Assembly: GCA_964016885.1 (NCBI GenBank)
Contig: OZ024741.1
Location: 318,990,001 to 319,054,000 of the forward strand
Direction: 5' to 3'
Source: Eledone cirrhosa
Taxonomy: Eukaryota
Length of the DNA stretch: 64,000 bases
The notes under the pieces were generated by a model, which searched no databases, was not told the origin of the DNA, and was given only the letters and a program-made list of their open reading frames with translations. The position numbers were made by a program, and so were the translations under genes. This document shows, piece after piece, positions 43,570 through 64,000 of this stretch. Position 1 is the first letter of the stretch, and every line of letters begins with the position of its first letter.

Positions 43570-43810
43570 AGGAAGGTGGAGCGGTAATCTCTACACCCCC
43601 AGTCTGGGCGGTAAACATCAGATGCGCCCCGCGAAAGCATTGCCACGGAGAAGAGTCAGCGACGCCGGTTGCATCGGCCACTTCACCCCATGTGGATCTT
43701 CGTCAAGCGTGATGCACTCCCCCAAATTTTGCCAAGGAAAGTGGCTTGGGGACCGAGTGCAGACATGAAAAGGAAGTGGTCGGCAATGTCTCGGTTTTTT
43801 GGATATCCCA
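43570..43810 (-). mobile_element. CRE-like 3' relic
   Basis: RDIADHFLF..LGPQATFLGKI..KW.MQ..SLTLLRGNAF. Confidence 0.5.
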
Positions 43811-44275
43811 TAATATCAACAACATTTATGAAAAGATTGTATTCTTTTACTCTTTAGCGAGTTTCAGCCTGTAGACTGCAGTCATGCTGGAGCACCGCCT
43901 TTAAGGAATTTTAGTCGATCATATGTTAAGCGAAATAAATGTAGACACAGATACAAACGTAAACATAGACACGGACATTCACATACACACATTCGGCAGT
44001 TTCCATCTACCAAATTCTTCTCAGAAGACATTGGTAAACTAGAGGCTATAGTAGAAGATATTTATCGAAGGTGTTGTGCAGCGGGACTGAACTCTGAACC
44101 GCGTAATTTCGAAGCGAAATGAAAATTGCTATCGGTTACGATTCCATTTGAATAGCATCTGAGTAATCAATGAAAAAAAAGAAAAACAAAAACAAAAAAA
44201 AAACACTCAATATGAATTACAGCCACATCTAAGTAAAAGAAAAGTATTTATTTTTAGCAGACTTTTGTGTGATAA

Positions 44276-44357
44276 GACGAGGTGGCCGAGTGGTTAAGGC
44301 GATGGACTGCTAATCCATTGGGGTCTCCCCGCGTGAGTTCGAATCTCATCCTCGTCG
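44276..44357 (+). tRNA. tRNA-Ser (anticodon GCT)
   Basis: GACGAGG...CCTCGTC-G acceptor stem, D arm TGGCCGAGTGGTTAAGGCG, anticodon arm ATGGA-CTGCTAA-TCCAT, long variable arm, T arm GTGAG-TTCGAAT-CTCAT, 82 nt, T run downstream. Confidence 0.97.
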
Positions 44358-44834
44358 GTTTATTACTTTTTATTTACTTGATTATGTACTTTGTATTACG
44401 ATATGTAAACATAGAGATAACTTATTTATTTTAATATGAGTACGCAGCTAAAACTCATCTAGGGTGCAGACATCAACCTTAAAGAATCAGTTTTATACAA
44501 TTTCGTGTAATTAAGTTGAATATATAATAAATCCTTATTTATGTTTTTTTCCGCGTATATTTGAGAAAATGGGCATATAACTAAAAAAATAAAAGGAGGT
44601 GGGGACTGCACATGTTTGCCAACAAAAAAAATGTATATCTTGCTGAGCAAAATACTGATTGTTGTTTTATTGAGAAAGTTAGTTATATTACTAAACCCTG
44701 CCAAATTCTAGAGTATTTAACCCCCCCCCCCCCCCCCCGAAAATAAAAATAAAAGTTAATAAATATTTGATGGGCAATAAGAAAAAGAGGAAACTTATTG
44801 TGTGTATATCATATCGAATGAATAGAAGTAAACA

Positions 44835-45435
44835 CACACACGTACACCAGGTCCGAATACAGAGGAGCCGAACTCCCACAGTCATCACCTCCATCTCTCT
44901 CGCCCACCCCATCTCTCACTATTATGAGCAAATGTTCCCACGCGCTGGCTGCCCCACGGCAGAATAGAGAAGGTGTTTCCTCGGGAGATGCGCTGGAAGA
45001 ACCATTCCATCTCGCGAGGCTCACACTTGCGGCTAGGCAGCTCAGCGCCTATGGTGGTGAGTAGGCCAAAGACCCCAGAAGTCTCCACTGCTAGGGGCTC
45101 GACTGCAAACCTGTCGGAGAGCGACCGATACTTGGAGAGATTACCCTCCTCAGCCCGAAATGCAGCAGAACATGGGTTAGTCGCAGATTGCCGCTGGAGA
45201 ATGTGTCGCTGCATGTGGTATCCCAGACGAGGGGTTTACCACCACGGAACGGGAAGATGGTTATACCGTCTGGCCTTTTGCCGTCCCCTTGGTCTATCCC
45301 TACCGGCTCGAGCTGGGAGGGTAAGCCTGCAGCATCCAAGCTATGCTTTATGACCTCGTTGAGAGCAGCATGGTGTGGAAGGCGGCCAGCACTGTAGCGA
45401 TAGGAAAGCGGGTGGAGGCCTAGGTAACAGTTCAC
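44835..45435 (-). mobile_element. CRE-like non-LTR retrotransposon 3' end with restriction-like endonuclease
   Basis: HHAALNEVIKHSLDAAGLPSQLEPVGIDQGDGKRPDGITIFPFRGGKPLVWDTTCSDT...SKYRSLSDRFAVEPLAVETSGVFG...EWFFQRISRGNTFSIL (PD..D RLE motif), frameshifted. Confidence 0.75.
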
Positions 45436-45499
45436 TCAGCATCGCAACCCCTGTGATGGGGCCCGGACGAAGTGGGGGAGTGTTCAGTGGTGTGTTGGG

Positions 45500-45730
45500 A
45501 AGACCATGTGAGGGTCGCCTCGTGGTCTCAGCCGACAAAATGGAGAAAACGTTGCCCGGGATGATGGTGAGGGAGATGCGTTGGAATATTTCAACTCGCA
45601 GGGCTAGCTCGTGTGAGTAGCCAGCACTGCCCCGATAGTAGTGAGTAGGGAGGTAGTCTGAGGGCCAAGGCTACAGGTTCGATCACAAATCTATCAGAGA
45701 GCGACCGATATTCCGATAGTTTGCCCTCTT
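45500..45730 (-). mobile_element. CRE-like 3' relic
   Basis: EGKLSEYRSLSDRFVIEPVA..LGPQTTSLLTTIG..IFQRISLTII.GNVFSIL. Confidence 0.6.
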
Positions 45731-45929
45731 GTTAATTCGTGAAAAAAAGCCGAAGGGAAGACTGAGATGTGACGTGAGAGAGATTTGCTGCTATTTCTAG
45801 CATGTCGAGTGTTCACACTGAGAGTCGCTTTTTAGTTCGTGGGAAATACTATTTAAAGTATTGTAATTATGAAGCAACCTGTGCCTTAGAAAATAAAAAT
45901 AAATGTAACACTAGGCGTCGGTCCAACAA

Positions 45930-46215
45930 CATTTGTGGAGACTTCTGGTGTCCTTGGTCCCAAGACCACCTCCCTACTCACCACCATCGGCACAGAGTTG
46001 GCTATCCGCAGGTGTGAGCTCCGCGAGCTGGAATGGCTCTTCCAGCGCGTCCCCCGCAGCATTCCTCCGGAGAAATGAATTTACTCTGTCATTCGGGGTC
46101 GCTGGGCGGCCAGCGCGTGGGCCCCCATTTGCTTATAATAGTGAGAGATGGGGCAGAGACGGAAGCAGTGGCAGCGGAAGTTTGGTTATATTGTATTCGG
46201 ACCTGCTGTATATGT
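45930..46215 (+). mobile_element. CRE-like 3' relic, inverted relative to 44835-45090
   Basis: FVETSGVLGPKTTSLLTTIGTELAIRRCELRELEWLFQRV; its 3' UTR (ataatagtgagagatgggg...tgtattcggacctg) mirrors 44840-44930. Confidence 0.65.
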
Positions 46216-46861
46216 ATAAAGCTATCAAAAACAGTAATATCTTGAGATGTAACAAACAACAATAACAACCTTCATTGTGAGTTGAAACCCTAACTACTAA
46301 GCCACGCCACTGAAACATTTTATACAAAGCGTCAGACAAATTTGAAATTAAAAAGAAATATGTGAAATGTTGATATTCAAACACAGAATGATAGTGGTAT
46401 TAGAAAGTCGGGAACTGAAAATAAGTGGCCAGCAACCACTACAGAGAATCGAACTCTGTATCCCCTGAATTACTATAAGATTTGAAATTTAAAAAAAGCG
46501 GTAAATGTTTTTACTATTATACTCGCCTCTGAGACATGTGCAATAGTTTTTTTGTTTTGCTTTCTTTTAAATTGTAAGTTGATAGGTTTAATTCGAATTT
46601 TGAAACTGAAATTCAAGTTTTTCCTTTGATTTTTGATACTTTGAACGAATGTTTTGGTCTTCAAAACCGTCGTAAATTACTCGTTTTCTGTTGTTTCCTC
46701 AATAGAGAACTCAATAACACCTGTCTTAGAAACGGGTATATAATAATTTAAAAAAATATATACCAAAAACCTTTGTGTCTCATGAGACAATTTTGTGGCT
46801 CACCATTACAAAGATTCTGACTGACTACATTGCAAATTTAACAATTAATTACGTCGTGTAA

Positions 46862-46886
46862 ATCACCTAGCAACTGTTACCATGAC
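46862..46886. promoter_or_regulatory. RFX X-box-like motif(s) upstream of CFAP43
   Basis: aTCACCTAGCAAC followed by the half-site GTTACCATG, about 300 bp upstream of the ATG of a cilia gene. X-box consensus is GTNRCC(N0-3)RGYAAC. Confidence 0.55.
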
Positions 46887-47173
46887 TGCAAAAGTATCTG
46901 CTAGTAACCGCCGAATGCAGCGTTATTTACCTTAATTTTTGAAGAATGTATTTTTATTTATGAATTATCGAAATATTAACAATTTGCAGTAAGAAAGTTA
47001 TCGGAGAAAAAAACAACAACAAAAACAAGCAATCAGAAAAAACTACAACAATATATCGCATTTCTGTTAAATTAAACAACAATTATATATATCTCATTAC
47101 TGTTAAATTGATACATTAATAACACGTACAGAACAATTTAAGATTTGTTTTATAGTCTCCTACCAAAAATTGA

Positions 47174-60507
<13,334 letters not shown>

Positions 60508-61974
60508 GTGAGTGAATTCTGTTCCGTTGTAATCAGGGCCAGCATGACCATTAAAGCCAACTAAGCAACTGTCTAGAGTGCACACCTTCGAGAAGCACAT
60601 TACTTAACCTTAAAATATCACAGTTTTAAATATACAGGGTATCCCCCCAAAATGTATGCACATTTCAACAGCATTCTAATAATAATGTGTATACATTTTT
60701 TGGGGGCACCATGTGTTTGTATAATTAAATTAGATATATAATCATTTCCTGTGATCAATAAATAAATTGTTAAACATTTTTGCTGCATAGCAACATTGTG
60801 GAAATACCCAAAATAATGGAAGGAGTCATATGGTGCTATGGCCTGTGAGTTTGGACTGGACAATGGAAAATGCAGGATTAATGATATTCTTAGAGTGGTC
60901 ACCAAAATATATTAAAAACTAAGTTTGTCAGCTTATTAAACTGTAAATTGAAAAATTATTTTATTTTGGAGAGTGGGGTACGTATTGTAGAGTTAGCTTA
61001 TGGTGCTAAATATCCAGGTACATATTGTAGAGCTAGCCTAGGGCTTCAAATAACTATCTTGCTCATACACTCCATTTTTGGCATGGTTTCTACTGCTGGA
61101 TACCCTTCCTAATGTCAAACACTTTATAGAATGTACTGGGTGAATTGTATCCTGGTGCCAACACTACCACTGTACAGGGTGAACATTTTATTGTGGCACC
61201 AATGCTCACACTTTACAGAGTGTACTGGGTGCATTTTATTGTGACACCAGCACTAGAGATGTCTCATGACTGTCCAGACAGAAGTGACTTCACAGATCCC
61301 ATATTATCTCTAGTCAATCACCAAGCGCTGTAGCCTCTAATCTCTCAAGATCTTTACTTTTAGTGTCACTCTGCTTGTATAATATTTGTAGCAACCCTTT
61401 ATAGACCATATTTCTCGTTTCTTTTCTTTTCATTACACTTTTACTCTTTTATTGGTTTCGGTCAAGCCGAAGCTGAAGCATATAGACAGTATGCCCCCCC
61501 CCCCTTCCACTATAAAGTGGTTGTGGAGGTGCCATGATAAAAAGCACCCAGTACTCACTGTAAATGAGGTTGGTGTTAGGAAGGGCATCCAGCTGTAGAA
61601 ATCAAGCCAAAATCAGTTCTGTATGAGCAGGACATGGTCACCTGACCTGGCATTGCCCACAACAAGACAACCTGTCTAACCCATGCTTGTGTGGAAGAAT
61701 GGACGTACAACGATGATGATGATGATGATATATCATTGTCATTTTAACATCCACTTTCACTGTTAGCAAGGATATATAAATGAATAAACATTGTTGTCGC
61801 TGACTGAGACAAAGTGAGAGTGTATTTGAATTCATATAAAAATAAGAAAACAGCCTTTGAAACAGCCAAATGCTGTCAATGACAGTGATGGACAAACATG
61901 CCTCAGAGGGATGTGACCAGCAGCCAGCAGAGAGACAATCCACAAGGTAGGCAATATATATATATATATATGTA

Positions 61975-62534
61975 TGAGGACAATCCCAAAAGTAAGGTCT
62001 CCCACCTTGTGCACACCTTCCGATATTGCAACTTTTCCGTTAAAATCCTGTGGATGGTGCTTCGGGAAACCTCAGGAACCAAAATGCAGAGAACATCCAG
62101 AGTGATCCGCCGATCGTTACACATGTTTTCCTCAACCTTTGCGACTGTCTCGTCGGAAATTGACGGTCTCCAACTCCTTTGTTCATCGTGAATTTCAATA
62201 CGACCAGCTGTAAACTCTCTACACCACTTGCGAACGTTTTTGACATCCATGCACGACTGTCCATACACTTCCGTCAATTGGCGATGAATTTCAATCGGTT
62301 CAATGCCTTTTGCGTCCAAAAACCGAACTGTGCGAACTTCGCACTTGGTGGTAGCGTTCAACAGGAGCTCCATTCTCAACGGCTGACAAGCCAAGATTGA
62401 GCATCCCAGCAAAGCGCACGCATGCTTGTTTGGGAGTGAAGGAAGCACCAATCACAACAGTGTTGCCAACAGCCATACAAACAGTTTCTCTGCGTCCACA
62501 TCGCTTTGGAGACCTTACTTTTGGGATTGCCCTC

Positions 62535-62535
<1 letters not shown>
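61975..62535 (-). mobile_element. Internally deleted mariner
   Basis: TIRs (t/c)gagg(a/g)caatcccaaaagtaaggtctcc with TA flanks. ORF EIHRQLTEVYG..VRKWCREF..HRILTEKLQYRKVC (HTH only). Confidence 0.88.
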
Positions 62536-62584
<49 letters not shown>

Positions 62585-62589
62585 TATTT

Positions 62590-63965
62590 ATTATTGCCCT
62601 TCAGGCTATAACAGAGGAGTTCAAGACCGGCTGCCCATGGGAACTCCTATACGCAGATGATCTAACACTCATAGCTGAATCAATGGCTGAACTAGAGAAG
62701 AAATTCCAAACATGGAAGCATGGCCTAGAATCAAAAGGCCTTAAAGTTAACTTGTCTAAGACTAAAGTTCTAGTTTGTAGGGAGGAAAATAAGGCACTGG
62801 TCCCATCTGGGAAATGGCAATGCTCAGTGTGTAGGAAAGGAGTAGGCAGAAACTCCATTTTATGTCCCAAATGCAAAGTATGGGTGCATAAAAGATGTAG
62901 TGGGATCACAGGTAAGCTAACTAAGAATATAGATTTTATATGTGGCCGGTGCTCTGGTGCAATAAGTAGCAGCAAGTGCCCACAGAATATTAGCTCATTC
63001 CATTGCACAGATGGTTCTATAGAAATAATAAACACCTTCTGTTACCTGGGTGACAAAATCAGCAGTGGGGGAGGGTGCTCTGAAAGTACAGTAGCTAGAG
63101 TCAGAACGGGATGGAAAAAGTTCAGAGAGCTTATACCACTATTGGCCGCTAAAATGAAAGGCAGGCTGTATGATGCCTGCATATGAACAGCAATGTTACA
63201 TGGCAGTGAGACCTGGGCATTGTGTGCAGAGGATATATGCAGACTGGAGAGAAACGAAGCTTGCATGCTCTGCTGGATGTGTAATAGTAATATATGTGAA
63301 CGGCAAAGCATAAACGAACTAAGGGAGAAATTAGGAATAAGAGGGATCCGATGTTGTTTACTCGAGAGAAGACTACGTTGGTACGGTCACGTGATGCGCA
63401 TGAAAGATGACAGCTGTATAAAAAAGTGCAGGGCGATAAAAATAGACGGTAGCCACGGAGTAGGCAGACCCAGAAAAACCTGGGACGACTTGATAAATTC
63501 CGACCTCACACACTTACACCTCTCCAAGACAATGTCACTGGACCGAGATCTTTGGCGCTACACAGTCATACAGAAGACCCGCCTTGCCTAAGTACAAAGC
63601 GAAACCTACAGTCATTAGGCACCTCTACCCCCACTCCGTCCCACTACCCCCACACCATCCCCTTAAATGTGAAGTTATGTTGGTACCACAACATCCAGTC
63701 CGAAACAAATGAGGTCGTGTAGGTGTCACGACAAAAAAACACAGTCCACGCTGTAATGTGTGGCCGTGTAGGTAACACAGTAAAAACCTCCCAGTCCCAC
63801 ACTGTAAACGTGGTTGGTGTTAGGAAGGGCATCCAGCCGTAGAAAACCCGCCAGACAGTCCTATACGAGCAGGACAACAAATCTTGCCTCAAGTGGGAAA
63901 CCTCCCGTCCAAACCCATGCAAGCGTGGAAGATGGACGTTAAACGATGATGATGATGATGATGGT
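62590..63965 (+). mobile_element. 5'-truncated RTE-clade LINE (RT C-terminus to 3' tail)
   Basis: LLYADDL, GLKVNLSKTKV, Cys-rich CSVC..CPKC..HKRC..CGRC, FCYLG, RLRWYGHV, 3' UTR and (GAT)n tail. Confidence 0.9.
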
Positions 63966-64000
63966 ATATATAATAAATGAGATAATTGTTTCTACTTTAG

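Noticed and set aside
46255-46312. tRNA-like A box on the minus strand (tggcttagtagttagg)
   Set aside because: No T arm or acceptor stem. It matches truncated SINE heads seen at about 22880-22940 and 30180-30235.

Overview
AT-rich, repeat-dense animal genomic DNA with spliceosomal introns. The repeat mix (Nin-domain tRNA-SINEs, RTE LINEs with (CAT)n tails, Helitrons, Tc1/mariner, (TA)n tracts) suggests a mollusc, probably an octopus; this is inference. Exons assembled by hand give four genes and one tRNA. (1) The first coding exon of an unidentified minus-strand gene (1942-1984) that leaves the window. (2) A complete 3-exon HINT1-like gene, + strand, join(4874-4942,8933-9037,10035-10199), 112 aa, whose histidine triad reads Y-I-H-V-H. 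(3) A 9-exon STARD7, - strand, 21997-40670, 381 aa. (4) A tRNA-Ser(GCT) at 44276-44357. (5) The first six coding exons of CFAP43, + strand, from 47174, with an RFX X-box upstream. The rest is mostly mobile DNA: a decayed near-full RTE LINE, a Helitron with PIF1 remnants and a tandem non-autonomous Helitron array, an intact-ORF maT-like transposon, two deleted mariners, piggyBac-like and foldback MITEs, Penelope- and Hero-like remnants, and intronic minisatellites. Five CRE-like endonuclease relics cluster around the tRNA. I cannot demonstrate a clearly new biological system. The best leads are the variant HIT motif, the CRE cluster at the tRNA, the DD37D-to-DD37E transposase, the repeat-derived STARD7 C-terminus and several dsRNA-forming palindromes.
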